Source of the DNA: Acaryochloris marina S15
GTDB taxonomy: Bacteria > Cyanobacteriota > Cyanobacteriia > Thermosynechococcales > Thermosynechococcaceae
NCBI RefSeq assembly: GCF_018336915.1
Contig: NZ_CP064923.1
Location: 3,540,001 to 3,572,000 of the forward strand
DNA length: 32,000 nt
Reading direction: 5' to 3'
The notes under the pieces were generated by a model. It was given only the letters and a program-made list of their open reading frames with translations. It was not told the origin of the DNA and did no database searches. The first letter of the stretch is position 1, and every line of letters starts with the position of its first letter. A program made the translations under genes and the position numbers. This document shows positions 1-9,996 of the stretch, in pieces.

Positions 1-1
1 T

Positions 2-442
2 ATTCCCAGTCTCACGGTCCAGGAAAACTTACTTTTAGGACTAGAGGCTCGACCCCGAGGTCGAAAAAAAAGTGACACCATCCCCGAACAGGTCTTTCAA
101 CTCTTTCCGGTCTTAGCCAGTATGTTAGGCCGAATGGGAGGAGATCTCAGTGGTGGCCAACAGCAGCAGCTAGCCATTGCTAGAGCATTAGTGGGAAAGC
201 CGCGCCTATTAGTCCTCGATGAACCCACAGAAGGCATTCAGCCATCGATTATTCTAGAAATTGAAGCCGCTGTGCGACGGATTGTTGAAACGACAGGAGT
301 CTCTGTGCTCTTGGTTGAACAACATCTTCACTTTGTGCGCCAGGCAGATTGGTATTACGCCATGCAGAAAGGGGGCATCGTTGCATCTGGTTCAACCGAT
401 GAGCTGAGTAATCAGGTGATCCAGGAGTTTCTTGCTGTTTGA
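2..442 (+). CDS. urtE: Urea/branched-chain amino acid type ABC transporter ATP-binding protein, UrtE-like (5' end truncated by window edge)
   Basis: The frame is open from position 2 (IPSLTVQENLLLG...). It has the ABC signature LSGGQQQQLAIARAL, Walker B LLVLDEPTEGIQPS and H-loop LLVEQH. The QQQQ and EGIQPS variants are what I recall for UrtE rather than LivF. Confidence 0.75.
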   Translation: MPSLTVQENLLLGLEARPRGRKKSDTIPEQVFQLFPVLASMLGRMGGDLSGGQQQQLAIARALVGKPRLLVLDEPTEGIQPSIILEIEAAVRRIVETTGVSVLLVEQHLHFVRQADWYYAMQKGGIVASGSTDELSNQVIQEFLAV

Positions 443-587
443 CCCTTGTATGCCTGGGCTGGCCCAATAACAATTGAGACAAATGCTATCTGACCTATAA
501 ACATGATTTTAGAGAGATAAGCGAATAAAACGCTAGAATTGCAATTCGTTCCTAATTGACCAGCACTTTACGCTGTCATAGGGTTCT

Positions 588-1223
588 ATGCGTCCGGATA
601 TAGTGATGAGTCAATTCAAAGTATACGGCGATATATATTCTGGTAACTGCTATAAGGTCAAGCTACTCATGTCTCTACTGGAGATAGAGCATGATTGGGT
701 TCATATTGACATTCTGAATGGCGAAAGTCGGACCAATGAATTTTTAGCAAGGAATCCGAATGGTCGTGTACCTGTATTGGGGCTTCCAGATGGGCGATGG
801 CTGTTCGAGTCGAACGCAATCCTTCATTTCTTAGCCCAAGACTCATGTTTTTTGCCCATAGATCCCTATGGCCATGCCCAAGTACTGCAATGGCAGTTTT
901 TTGAGCAATATAGTCATGAGCCTTATATTGCCACGTCTCGATATATCATTCGCTATTTAGGGTCACCGCCTGATCGGCAGGCGGATTTGGAGGCCCGCCG
1001 AGTCTGGGGATATGCCGCCTTAGACGTGATGGAAAGCCATCTTGAAAAGCAAGATTTTTTTGTGGACGAGCACTATTCCATTGCCGATATCTCCTTATAT
1101 GCCTATACCCATGTCGCCTCGGAAGGAGGATTCTCCCTCAAGCCTTATAGCAACGTTCGCAATTGGCTACGGCGTATCTCTCAACATCCTCAACATGTGA
1201 CGATGGAGCAATTTGCCCCTTAA
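588..1223 (+). CDS. Glutathione S-transferase family protein
   Basis: The GST N-terminal thioredoxin-like features are present (NPNGRVPVL with cis-Pro, FESNAILHFLA), followed by a helical C-terminal domain (SIADISLYAY). ATG occurs at 588 and at 606; MSQFKVYG at 606 looks like the more typical GST N-terminus. Confidence 0.8.
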   Translation: MRPDIVMSQFKVYGDIYSGNCYKVKLLMSLLEIEHDWVHIDILNGESRTNEFLARNPNGRVPVLGLPDGRWLFESNAILHFLAQDSCFLPIDPYGHAQVLQWQFFEQYSHEPYIATSRYIIRYLGSPPDRQADLEARRVWGYAALDVMESHLEKQDFFVDEHYSIADISLYAYTHVASEGGFSLKPYSNVRNWLRRISQHPQHVTMEQFAP

Positions 1224-1266
1224 GGCAGAGACTCAGTCATTCCACCATGAGCGACCAGAACTGATC

Positions 1267-2442
1267 TCAATGTCCTTGAGGGATATCGCTATTGACTAAG
1301 ATTCTAGGGAGTCGATGCTTAAATCCACAGACAATCTCGTAGGAAATCGTATCCAGCGCCTCAGCCCAAGTTTCAGCAGAGATTGACGCCGGACCATCCT
1401 GACCCAAAAGGGTGACCACCTCTCCTACCGGTAAATGGGGAAAGTCACTGACATCCACCATGAGCTGGTCCATGGTAATGGCTCCAATTTGGGGAGCCAA
1501 TCGACCCCGAATCATCACATCCATTTGGTTAGATAGGGACCGGGGAACCCCATCGGCATAGCCAATACCGACCACTGCAACGGTTAAAGGATGCTCTGTG
1601 GTGAAGGTATGGTTATAGCTCACCCCTGATCCGGCGGGTAAAGTCTTGATTTGGGTAATCCGAGCTTTGACTTCCATAACAGGTTGTAGCGAAACCGTCT
1701 GCTGGAAGTGGGACGCAGGATATAAACCATATAGTGCCAATCCCACTCGGACCAAGTCGTAGTGAAATTGGGGACCTGCTAAGGTTGCCGCTGAGTTGGC
1801 GAGATGGAGTTTGGGTAAGGGAATATCCTGGGCTTGGATACGGCTTAAGACGTCCTGTAATCGACTTTGCTGCTGCAGCATAAAGCTAGAGTCTGCATCA
1901 TCGGCCGTTGCTAAATGGGAATAGATACTGGCAATCTTGAGATTAGAAAGACGGGAGACAAATTCAATAAAGGTTGCCCCCTGCTGCCAAATGGGCCCCA
2001 AGCGAGACATACCCGTATCAATTTTGAGATGCACTGGCAAAGGATGGTGCAAATGCCGAGAAAAGGTCAGGGCTTGCTCTGGGCTACATAGGGTAGGCTG
2101 CAGTTGCCAGCGGACGATAGCTTCTATCTCTTGAACAGTATGGGTAGCCCCAAGAACTAGAATAGGCCCATCGATCTCGGCCTGGCGCAGTTCAATTCCC
2201 TCCAAAATGGTGGCAACCCCTAACCAAGTCGCACCATTCTTCAAAGCGGTTTGGGCAACCGTCACTGCACCATGCCCATAGCCATCTGCTTTGACGACAG
2301 CCATTAATGCAGTTTGGGGCAACAATTGCTGTTTGATTTGACGAACATTGTTCTCTAGCGCTTTTAGATCAATATTGATCCAAGCGCGTTCACAAGCCAA
2401 TGTCCCAGGGGATGTATGCTTTACCATTCCTGAATCCGGCAC
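1267..2442 (-). CDS. alr: Alanine racemase
   Basis: The PLP-lysine motif AVVKADGYGHG is present, and length and overall pattern fit Alr (HLKIDTGMSRLG, YGLYP, GYADG). The start is GTG at 2442 or ATG at 2427. The gene sits 12-27 nt downstream of purE on the same strand. Confidence 0.9.
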   Translation of the reverse strand: MPDSGMVKHTSPGTLACERAWINIDLKALENNVRQIKQQLLPQTALMAVVKADGYGHGAVTVAQTALKNGATWLGVATILEGIELRQAEIDGPILVLGATHTVQEIEAIVRWQLQPTLCSPEQALTFSRHLHHPLPVHLKIDTGMSRLGPIWQQGATFIEFVSRLSNLKIASIYSHLATADDADSSFMLQQQSRLQDVLSRIQAQDIPLPKLHLANSAATLAGPQFHYDLVRVGLALYGLYPASHFQQTVSLQPVMEVKARITQIKTLPAGSGVSYNHTFTTEHPLTVAVVGIGYADGVPRSLSNQMDVMIRGRLAPQIGAITMDQLMVDVSDFPHLPVGEVVTLLGQDGPASISAETWAEALDTISYEIVCGFKHRLPRILVNSDIPQGH

Positions 2443-2454
2443 ACTGATCGAATC

Positions 2455-3015
2455 TTAGCCTGCGGAGGAGGCTGCTTGATAGTCCTTGAGGTATTGTTGA
2501 TAACCAACTGTCGCTAACTGTTCCTGTTTGTCCTGAACCATTTCTGAGAGAGAGCGACGATAGGCGATGACCTGCTCTTGGAGTGCTGGGCGCTGAGCAG
2601 CCAATATTTGGATGGCCAATAGACCGGCATTTTTGGCATTACCAATGGCGACGGTGGCCACGGGAATTCCCCCTGGCATTTGGACAATAGAGTAAAGGGA
2701 ATCCAACCCCCGTAAGTGGCGGCTGGCTACGGGAACGCCAATCACGGGTAAGGGGGATATAGCTGCCACCATCCCCGGGAGATGAGCTGCACCCCCGGCA
2801 CCAGCAATGATCACTTGTATTCCCTGTTGGTGGGCCTGTTGGGCAAATTCCACCATGCGGTGAGGCGTACGATGGGCGGAAATGATTTCCACATGGGGGA
2901 GGATCTTAAAGTCTTCGCAAACTGCGATCGCAGCTTGCATCGTCGGTAAATCAGAATCACTGCCCATAATGATGGCAACTTCAGGATGACTCAAGGGCTC
3001 TTCTTTCCTTTGCAA
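2455..3015 (-). CDS. purE: 5-(carboxyamino)imidazole ribonucleotide mutase
   Basis: PurE motifs are present: VAIIMGSDSDLPTM, SAHRTP, IAGAGGAAHLPGM. The apparent start is TTG at 3015, so the exact start is uncertain. Confidence 0.9.
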   Translation of the reverse strand: MQRKEEPLSHPEVAIIMGSDSDLPTMQAAIAVCEDFKILPHVEIISAHRTPHRMVEFAQQAHQQGIQVIIAGAGGAAHLPGMVAAISPLPVIGVPVASRHLRGLDSLYSIVQMPGGIPVATVAIGNAKNAGLLAIQILAAQRPALQEQVIAYRRSLSEMVQDKQEQLATVGYQQYLKDYQAASSAG

Positions 3016-3204
3016 AACAGGGACAACGTTAAAATAGGACTGTTCACAGGAGCAGCAAGTCTTGTTTTTTAATTAAAAACATCACGTTTGATCTGGATTT
3101 GTCTAAAATTTGATCACTTCTGGCAATCTGCATGTTTCTTGAACATCAGCATTTTAGACAACCTGCAACATTGAGAAATTCTAATTCTTTTTGAGGACGC
3201 TTCG

Positions 3205-3459
3205 ATGAATCCGTTACAAGGGTATCGCTTTTCCTGCACCCTCACCTTTGGGGACATCTATGCCCAGGTGATTATTTGGTTGATTGTGATTTTCATTGCT
3301 TTAGCCTCCTCCGTTGCCCTGTACCAAAACCCCATGTATGCCTTTTTAACTGGGGGATTGATTTTGGTATTGTCATTACCTTTCTTGCTATTTGCCTTTG
3401 TGACCACCCTGCTCAATCACATTGAAATGACCCCTGTTGAGCCAAAGGAAGAGACTTAG
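3205..3459 (+). CDS. Small hypothetical membrane protein (two predicted TM helices)
   Basis: An ATG is preceded by GAGGA about 8 nt upstream. Two long hydrophobic stretches are present (VIIWLIVIFIALASSVAL and GGLILVLSLPFLLFAFVTTLL). I recognise no family. Confidence 0.45.
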   Translation: MNPLQGYRFSCTLTFGDIYAQVIIWLIVIFIALASSVALYQNPMYAFLTGGLILVLSLPFLLFAFVTTLLNHIEMTPVEPKEET

Positions 3460-3483
3460 GTCAATTAGCGAGCCGCCAACGCC

Positions 3484-4656
3484 ATGGGTGCATTACCACT
3501 TCAGGGCCAGTTAGAGAATGCTCAGGTCACTGGCTACTCAGGATTACAGCAAGTTAGTATCCGAGATGGGGTGATTCAAACCATTCAGCCCATGGATGCC
3601 CCACCCCCCACTCTAGCCCCACAAAAAATTGATTTAGAAGGTGATTGGCTGTCTTTAGGGGGCATTGACCTGCAGATCAATGGTGCCTTAGGTCTAGCCT
3701 TTCCAGATTTGTTGCCCACCGATCAATCGAAACTTCAAGAGATTTGCCAATTTTTGTGGCAGCAAGGCATTGACGGTTTCTTGCCTACATTGGTGACAAC
3801 ATCGGTTGAAAAGTTTCAGCAAGCCTTGGCTACTTTGTCTGCTCAGAAGTCACCAGGGGATGGCGACCAAGCGCAAATTCTAGGTGTCCATTTGGAAGGC
3901 CCCTGCTTGAATGCCACCAAACGGGGTGCCCATCCCCAAGAGCATCTTCAGTCTTTGAATATTGAAACACTGCAAACGGTCATAGGTCCCTACAAAGATA
4001 GCGTTAGGGTCATGACCTTAGCGCCAGAGTTGGAGCCGTCTGGAGAAGCGGTAGCTTGGTTGCGATCCCACAATATTATCGTCAGTCTCGGCCATTCTCT
4101 AGCCACGGCAGCAGAAGCAGATATGGCCTTTAATCAGGGAGCCACCATGGTGACCCATGCCTTTAATGCCATGCCTAGCTTGCACCATCGCCAACCCGGG
4201 TTGTTGGCAGCAGCGCTGGTGCATCCCCAGGTCTGGTGTGGATTTATTGCCGATGGTCAACATGTGGACCCATTGATGCTGAAGCTGATGCTGAAGGCTA
4301 GCCCCGAGCAAGGCCTGTTTCTAGTGAGTGATGCTCTAGCACCGTTAGGACTTCCGGATGGAGTTTATCCTTGGGACTCTCGCCAAATTGAAGTGACGGC
4401 CGGTACGGCTCGGCTCTCCGATGGCACCTTGTCGGGAACCACCTTATCCCTATTGGCTGGAGTGCAAAATCTAGTCCACTGGAATCTTTGTTCTGTAGGG
4501 TATGCCATTGCCTTAGCCACAGAAGCCCCGAGGCAAGCATTAGGACTACCCGGCATGGGTCCAGGACAACCCGCTCACTGCTTGCTGCGTTGGCGTCATC
4601 ATCCCCAGACCCAAACTCTGAAATGGCAGCGTTTGTTTCCCTCTGAAAATGCTTAA
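3484..4656 (+). CDS. nagA: N-acetylglucosamine-6-phosphate deacetylase
   Basis: Amidohydrolase/NagA motifs are present: GGIDLQINGALG, VHLEGPCLN, GHSLAT, THAFNAM, ADGQHV. Confidence 0.85.
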   Translation: MGALPLQGQLENAQVTGYSGLQQVSIRDGVIQTIQPMDAPPPTLAPQKIDLEGDWLSLGGIDLQINGALGLAFPDLLPTDQSKLQEICQFLWQQGIDGFLPTLVTTSVEKFQQALATLSAQKSPGDGDQAQILGVHLEGPCLNATKRGAHPQEHLQSLNIETLQTVIGPYKDSVRVMTLAPELEPSGEAVAWLRSHNIIVSLGHSLATAAEADMAFNQGATMVTHAFNAMPSLHHRQPGLLAAALVHPQVWCGFIADGQHVDPLMLKLMLKASPEQGLFLVSDALAPLGLPDGVYPWDSRQIEVTAGTARLSDGTLSGTTLSLLAGVQNLVHWNLCSVGYAIALATEAPRQALGLPGMGPGQPAHCLLRWRHHPQTQTLKWQRLFPSENA

Positions 4657-4662
4657 TGCCCT

Positions 4663-5817
4663 ATGGAAAATCCCTTGTTGCTGATGATTCCAGGCCCTAC
4701 TCCAGTGCCCGAATCGGTATTATTTGCCTCGACTCAACAGCCCATCAGTCATCGTAGTCAGGATTTCAGAGATTTGATGGCTGATATTACGGCAAATTTA
4801 AAATGGCTCCACCAAACCCAAAATGATGTGTTGATATTAGCCAGCAGCGGCACCGGGGCCATGGAAGCTGGCATCATTAATTTTTTAAGCCCAGGTGATC
4901 GGGTATTGGTGGGATGCAATGGCAAGTTTGGCGATCGTTGGGCGGATGTTTGTGAACAATTTGGTCTAATTACCGAGCGGATTACGGTCCCTTGGGGGAA
5001 AGCTTTGGACCCAGAAGTATTTCGGCAGCATCTAGAATCCGATCAGGATAAGCAGATCAAAGCGGTGATTGTGACCCATAGTGAAACGTCCACCGGGGTT
5101 CTTAACGATCTGGAAACCATTAGCCGTCATATCAAAGCCCATGGTCGAGCCCTCAGCATGATTGATGCGGTCACCAGTTTAGGGATTTGTCCAGTCCCAG
5201 TCGATAAGTGGGGACTAGATGTGGTGGTTTCTGCGTCCCAGAAAGGATATCGAATGCCGCCTGGTTTGGGGTTTGTTTGTGTTAGCTCTTTAGCGTGGCA
5301 GGCTTATGAAACGGCTCGCTTTCCTCGGTTTTATCTGGACCTGGGGAAATGCCGCACGGATGCCGCTGCGAATACGACCCCGTTTACCCCGCCTGTAAAT
5401 CTATTCTTTGCCTTACAGGTAAGTTTAGCCATGATGAAGGCTGAAGGTCTGCTCTCCATGTTTGCCCATCAGCAACGGTTGATGCAGGCAACCCGAGCCG
5501 CTCTTCGAGCCTTGGACCTGCCTCTATTTATTCCTGACAATCATGTGGCTAGCCCGGCTGTCACTGCCATTGCCCCCGATCAGGTTGCTCCTGAAACCCT
5601 CCGATTCAAATTACAGCAGCACTACGGGGTGGTGATTGCTGCAGGCCAAGACCATATGCGAGGCAAACTCGTTCGCATTGGCCACTTGGGTTATGTTTGC
5701 GATCGCAATATTGTTACCACCATTGCAGCCGTAGAGGCGGCCTTGGCAGATTTAGACTATCCATTCCAAGCTGGGGCAGGTGTAGAGGCTGCCCATCGTA
5801 TCTTTAAAGGGAATTAG
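4663..5817 (+). CDS. Class V aminotransferase (alanine-glyoxylate / serine-pyruvate aminotransferase family, the cyanobacterial soluble hydrogenase small subunit type)
   Basis: The N-terminus is LMIPGPTPVP and the PLP-lysine context is SASQKGYRMPPG. It starts 6 nt after the nagA stop, so the two are probably co-transcribed. Confidence 0.85.
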   Translation: MENPLLLMIPGPTPVPESVLFASTQQPISHRSQDFRDLMADITANLKWLHQTQNDVLILASSGTGAMEAGIINFLSPGDRVLVGCNGKFGDRWADVCEQFGLITERITVPWGKALDPEVFRQHLESDQDKQIKAVIVTHSETSTGVLNDLETISRHIKAHGRALSMIDAVTSLGICPVPVDKWGLDVVVSASQKGYRMPPGLGFVCVSSLAWQAYETARFPRFYLDLGKCRTDAAANTTPFTPPVNLFFALQVSLAMMKAEGLLSMFAHQQRLMQATRAALRALDLPLFIPDNHVASPAVTAIAPDQVAPETLRFKLQQHYGVVIAAGQDHMRGKLVRIGHLGYVCDRNIVTTIAAVEAALADLDYPFQAGAGVEAAHRIFKGN

Positions 5818-5859
5818 GGTTTGTTCTCAACCCACATTCAAAATGCCTAAACTTGCAGA

Positions 5860-6087
5860 TTAAATGGTTTCCAGCCAGTCATAAATCTGATTGAGCTGAT
5901 CCAAAGTAATCAAACCATATTGCCAGAGCACAATCGGTAACGGTCCTGGATCTTGCTCAAGGTGGCGAAGAGCAAGGCCAATAGAGTCGCTCGGCAGTGC
6001 TAGCTCTTCTTGCAGAAAAGTCAGTAATCGCTTTTGCGATGCTGATTTCAAATTAGAAACATCTTTTGTAAACCGAGATACTGTCAT
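5860..6087 (-). CDS. DUF2949-like small cyanobacterial protein
   Basis: This 75-aa ORF has the pattern LxFLQEELALPxxSIxLALR...PLPIVLWQYGLITLDQLxQIxDWLE, which I recall for the cyanobacteria-restricted DUF2949 family. Confidence 0.65.
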   Translation of the reverse strand: MTVSRFTKDVSNLKSASQKRLLTFLQEELALPSDSIGLALRHLEQDPGPLPIVLWQYGLITLDQLNQIYDWLETI

Positions 6088-6918
6088 TGGTATTAATAAG
6101 AAACCGAGTTTTACCTATGAGAGGAGATTATTAGGGCGTATAAAAAAGAATTGAACCAGCTTAACCAACCATGTGAGAGTCAAGATCGTTTTTGATCAAT
6201 TTACTATCAAAAAAGTCTTAGAACTTTTAACCCATCAGTGATTTGACTAACTGGCTGAAATTTATTTCACTTCAGCGATAGAAGAGATTTGCCCATGCAA
6301 AAACACCGCAAAAGCCTCTAAAGAAGAGAAAGTGATGATTTGTATAAAATTTAAGAGCAAATCAGATAACTTGTGCTGCACTAGCTAAACATTGCAGAAA
6401 AAACTGCAAAAATGCGCAAAGCCAATTAAATGCAACAGACAAAATACTATCAACCGACGATTAAGCTTCCCCCAGACCCTAGGAAAAGAGTTACTGCAAA
6501 CTACTAACCAGTAGTAGATAAATTCAGTAAGTTTTTCCAGTCGTATTGGGATAAGAGTGTAGCACAGTCTTCAAAGATTGATCCAACTTAAATATTTCTT
6601 TTAATAAAGTTCATAGGAATAAAAGATACAGGTCAGATGAGCAAGTAAATACACACATGAAAGTCACCTAACAAGCTTGTCCCACCAGGGGTTACAGACG
6701 TATAGCCTAGTCAAGTAACTCCGAGAATTTGAACGCGTTTTTGAGAAAATCAGCGCGTAATGATCTGCCTGCATCTGACGATGGAATTGTCTGGTTAATG
6801 TGATCTGTGGGGCAAAATAAGTTCATAATTTTGTGTAAGCTGAACCGGAAAGGCAATTTCTTTCACCTCACACTGCTTATCCAACTCCAATGATGATTCG
6901 TGTAAAGGCTGCAAATTG

Positions 6919-7665
6919 ATGAGTGGTAAGTTGGCGACCCGGCTGCGAGAAGGGACGAAACAATCTCATTCTTTGGCAGAAAATGCAGATTTTATCCAAT
7001 GTTTTCTCAAGGGAGTAGTTGAAAGAACGTCTTATCGCCAACTATTAGGAAATTTTCACTTTGTCTATAGCGCCCTAGAAGATCAGCTGACTCAACATCA
7101 AAACCATCCACTTTTAAGTCAGCTTTATTTTCCGGCGCTATATCGACAGCAGAGCTTGGCTACGGATCTAAGTTACTACTGGGGGCCTCAATGGCAAACG
7201 TCAATCACCCCTTCTAGTGCCACTCAACACTATATTGACAGGATTAATGAAGTTGCGATCGCAGATCCAATCCTGCTAGTCGCTCATAGCTATACACGGT
7301 ATCTCGGAGACCTTTCTGGGGGACAACTGCTCAAGAAGCTAGCCCAGCGAGGCATGAATCTCTCTCAAGGCCAAGGCACTGCCTTCTATGAGTTTGAAGA
7401 TATCCAGAACCCTAAAACCTTTAAGGTTACCTATCGGCAATCCTTGGATAATTTGCTTCTGGATGAAAGCACCATCACCCACATCGTAGATGAAGCCAAC
7501 CTTGCCTTTAAGCTCAATATGGAATTGTTCAAAGAAGTAGAAGGCAACTTAATTCAAGCCATAGGTCAGATGATCTTTAGCCATCTGACCCGCTCCCGCA
7601 GAAATGGGCAGTCTCAGTGGTCCACAGATCTGGGAGAAACCACTGCACTGCAGCCCCAGGATTAA
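6919..7665 (+). CDS. ho1: Heme oxygenase
   Basis: The N-terminus LATRLREGTKQSHSLAEN carries the proximal His context, followed by FHFVYSALE, AHSYTRYLGDLSGGQ and FYEF. The ORF track starts at TTG 6916; ATG 6919 is the likely start. Confidence 0.9.
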   Translation: MSGKLATRLREGTKQSHSLAENADFIQCFLKGVVERTSYRQLLGNFHFVYSALEDQLTQHQNHPLLSQLYFPALYRQQSLATDLSYYWGPQWQTSITPSSATQHYIDRINEVAIADPILLVAHSYTRYLGDLSGGQLLKKLAQRGMNLSQGQGTAFYEFEDIQNPKTFKVTYRQSLDNLLLDESTITHIVDEANLAFKLNMELFKEVEGNLIQAIGQMIFSHLTRSRRNGQSQWSTDLGETTALQPQD

Positions 7666-8102
7666 CTCTTTTCTCGTAGGGTTTGGTTGAGCTGATCTAA
7701 GGAACCGATCAAGCGCTCATTGGCCTCAATTGCAGGATCCGGCGTAATTGCTTCTGCCATTTCTTGCTTTCGCTGCATCTTCTTACGGGCTTGTTCAAAA
7801 GATCGAATCAACAGAAAGATTACAAAAGCGATCACGATAAAATTCAGCACTGTGGCCAGAAATGAACCATATTTAATGCCATTTATCGCGAGCTTGGATA
7901 ATTCATCCACACCCGCTTTTTTCATCGCCGGATTTAAAAGGGCTGGGGTAATAATATCCTCAACTAAAGAACCGATAATCTTGCCGAAGGCCCCGCCAAT
8001 CACAACGGCAACCGCTAGGTCGACAACATTCCCTTGCATCAGAAAATCGCCAAAGTCCTTGAGGAAGCCTCCAGCTTTTGCTCTCCCGTTTCTACCAGTC
8101 AT
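7662..8102 (-). CDS. mscL: Large-conductance mechanosensitive channel
   Basis: The MscL motif FLKDFGDFLMQGNVVDLAVAVVIGGAFGKIIGSLVEDIITP is present, and so is a second TM helix. ATG 8102 has AAGGAG about 12 nt upstream and is preferred over TTG 8111. Confidence 0.9.
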   Translation of the reverse strand: MTGRNGRAKAGGFLKDFGDFLMQGNVVDLAVAVVIGGAFGKIIGSLVEDIITPALLNPAMKKAGVDELSKLAINGIKYGSFLATVLNFIVIAFVIFLLIRSFEQARKKMQRKQEMAEAITPDPAIEANERLIGSLDQLNQTLREKS

Positions 8103-8329
8103 TTTTATCAATATCTCCTTTATGCAGGGGTCGATTCTAAACAGTTTTACTTAAAACTGCAATATTCTATCATCAGATTTTTTACTTAATATCCCGATGA
8201 TAGTTTCTGAAGCGAAATAGGCTGAGGGTTGATTTCGGGTTGAGCCTGTTCCCTTGAGCAGGGGACAGGTACAATCTGGAAGTTTAGGTCAGACCACAGA
8301 ACAATACCTTGTTCCATTCAAGGGAATAT

Positions 8330-9238
8330 ATGACACCAGACGCTGCCGCCTTTAACCATATTTCAGTCTTAAGCCATGAGCTGATAGAAGGACTGATGCT
8401 GCATGACCAGGGCTTATATTTGGATGCCACCGTAGGCGGAGGAGGACATAGTGCCTTGATCTTGGAACAAAGTCCCCAGGCTCAGGTGATCGCCCTTGAT
8501 CAAGATATTCAGGCCCTGGATGCTGCGCGGGCTAAGTTGCATGACAATTGCGATCGCATCCGGTTTTGGCAAGGAAATTTTTCCACCTATGATCCGGATG
8601 ATCTTCGGTTTGACGGCATTATTGCTGATTTAGGGGTCAGTTCAGCCCAACTAGATCGCCCTGAGCGTGGCTTTAGCTTTAGACATGACGCAGAGTTAGA
8701 TATGCGCATGGATCAGAGCCAAGATTTAACCGCTGCTGATGTGATTAACACCTATTCAGAGCGGGATTTAGCCGATATTTTCTTCCACTATGGAGAAGAA
8801 CGGTTTTCTCGGCGAATTGCCCGGAAAATTGTCTCCAAACGCCCCCTTCACACTACCTCTGATCTGGCAAGGGTTGTAGCGTCTTCACTGCCCCCTCCTA
8901 AAGGGCGTCGCCGTCGAATCCACCCAGCGACCCGAGTCTTTCAAGCCCTGCGGATTGCTGTCAATCAGGAATTGCAGGTCCTAGAGAAATTTATTGAGCT
9001 AGCTCCCACCTGGCTCAAGCCCGGGGGCAGAATTGTCATCATCAGTTTCCACAGCCTGGAAGATCGAATTGTTAAAATCCACTTTCGCCAGAATCCTTTA
9101 CTGCAGGTGATCACGAAAAAGCCCATGATTGCCTCCGAGCAAGAGAAAAGAGAAAACAGCCGCTCTCGATCCGCTAAACTGCGAATTGCCGAACGGGTTC
9201 CTTTGGCAGATGAAGCTGAATCGTCACTGAAGCCATAA
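8330..9238 (+). CDS. rsmH: 16S rRNA (cytosine1402-N4)-methyltransferase
   Basis: MraW/RsmH motifs are present: [52 protein letters not shown] 8330 is preferred over TTG 8309. Confidence 0.9.
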   Translation: MTPDAAAFNHISVLSHELIEGLMLHDQGLYLDATVGGGGHSALILEQSPQAQVIALDQDIQALDAARAKLHDNCDRIRFWQGNFSTYDPDDLRFDGIIADLGVSSAQLDRPERGFSFRHDAELDMRMDQSQDLTAADVINTYSERDLADIFFHYGEERFSRRIARKIVSKRPLHTTSDLARVVASSLPPPKGRRRRIHPATRVFQALRIAVNQELQVLEKFIELAPTWLKPGGRIVIISFHSLEDRIVKIHFRQNPLLQVITKKPMIASEQEKRENSRSRSAKLRIAERVPLADEAESSLKP

Positions 9239-9465
9239 CGGCTGGTCATAAAACGATGACTTTTAGTTTTTTGCAAAGAATAAACTCAGCACTCTAATTA
9301 GAGTTGATGGGCAAATCTACCCTCACTATGAACAAAAGATAAGTATTCTGGAAACAATTATGAAATTATGCATTTATAATGCATGTGGCAACTACTGAAA
9401 ATTGCCAAAAATTAAAATTTCCGAACCCATTAACCGGGTAATTTCCTGGGCTTGAGGAGTTGAGT

Positions 9466-9975
9466 ATGGCCGTTGCTAGCCGATCTAAAGTTGTCCCCGT
9501 CCGACCGAAACAGGCTGCTCCCTCAGCCCGTTCCCGTCCCCCTCAACGACGGCGAAAACCCAAGACTTTATCCAGGCAAGAACAGCCCTTGGATCTGATT
9601 GATTCCCGTTCGCCACAATTTCCCAATTGGCTAATACTACTAATGGCGTTTCGGAAGCTGTCCACCCCTATTCTGATGGTGACAGTCTTAGGAATTTTGC
9701 CCCTCTATGCTTGGCGAGTGAATACTCAACAATCTTGGGGGACTCAATATTCAAAGCTAGAGAAATTGCAGCGTGATCAGCGAGATTGGCTCACTCGCAA
9801 TGAAGAGCGCAAATTCCAAATTTCAGAAAATTTAGAAAGCAATCCAGCAGGCTTTGTTCCCAAAAGCTCCAAAACGACCGTGTTTTTTAAGCCAGCCCCG
9901 GTGCGTCCAGCTCAGCCTGTGCCTCCTCAGCGGACTGGCATTACCCATATTGATGTAGCTCCGATTGGTTATTAA
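9466..9975 (+). CDS. Hypothetical bitopic membrane protein, FtsL-like by position and architecture
   Basis: It lies between rsmH and ftsI. ATG 9466 follows GAGGAG. The protein has a basic, Pro-rich N-terminus, one TM segment (ILMVTVLGILPLYAW), then a heptad-like segment (YSKLEKLQRDQRDWLTRNEERKF). I see no recognisable sequence family. Confidence 0.5.
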   Translation: MAVASRSKVVPVRPKQAAPSARSRPPQRRRKPKTLSRQEQPLDLIDSRSPQFPNWLILLMAFRKLSTPILMVTVLGILPLYAWRVNTQQSWGTQYSKLEKLQRDQRDWLTRNEERKFQISENLESNPAGFVPKSSKTTVFFKPAPVRPAQPVPPQRTGITHIDVAPIGY

Positions 9976-9996
9976 GTCCAACTTCTTTGCAAGTTT

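Noticed and set aside
3066-3079. Perfect 14-bp palindrome TTTTTAATTAAAAA in the purE / small membrane protein divergent spacer
   Set aside because: It is an A/T-only, low-information sequence in an AT-rich promoter region. It is more likely intrinsic curvature or an UP-like element than a specific operator.
7720-8154. 144-aa plus-strand ORF overlapping mscL
   Set aside because: It is a shadow ORF antisense to a gene with an unmistakable MscL sequence, and its own translation has no recognisable features.
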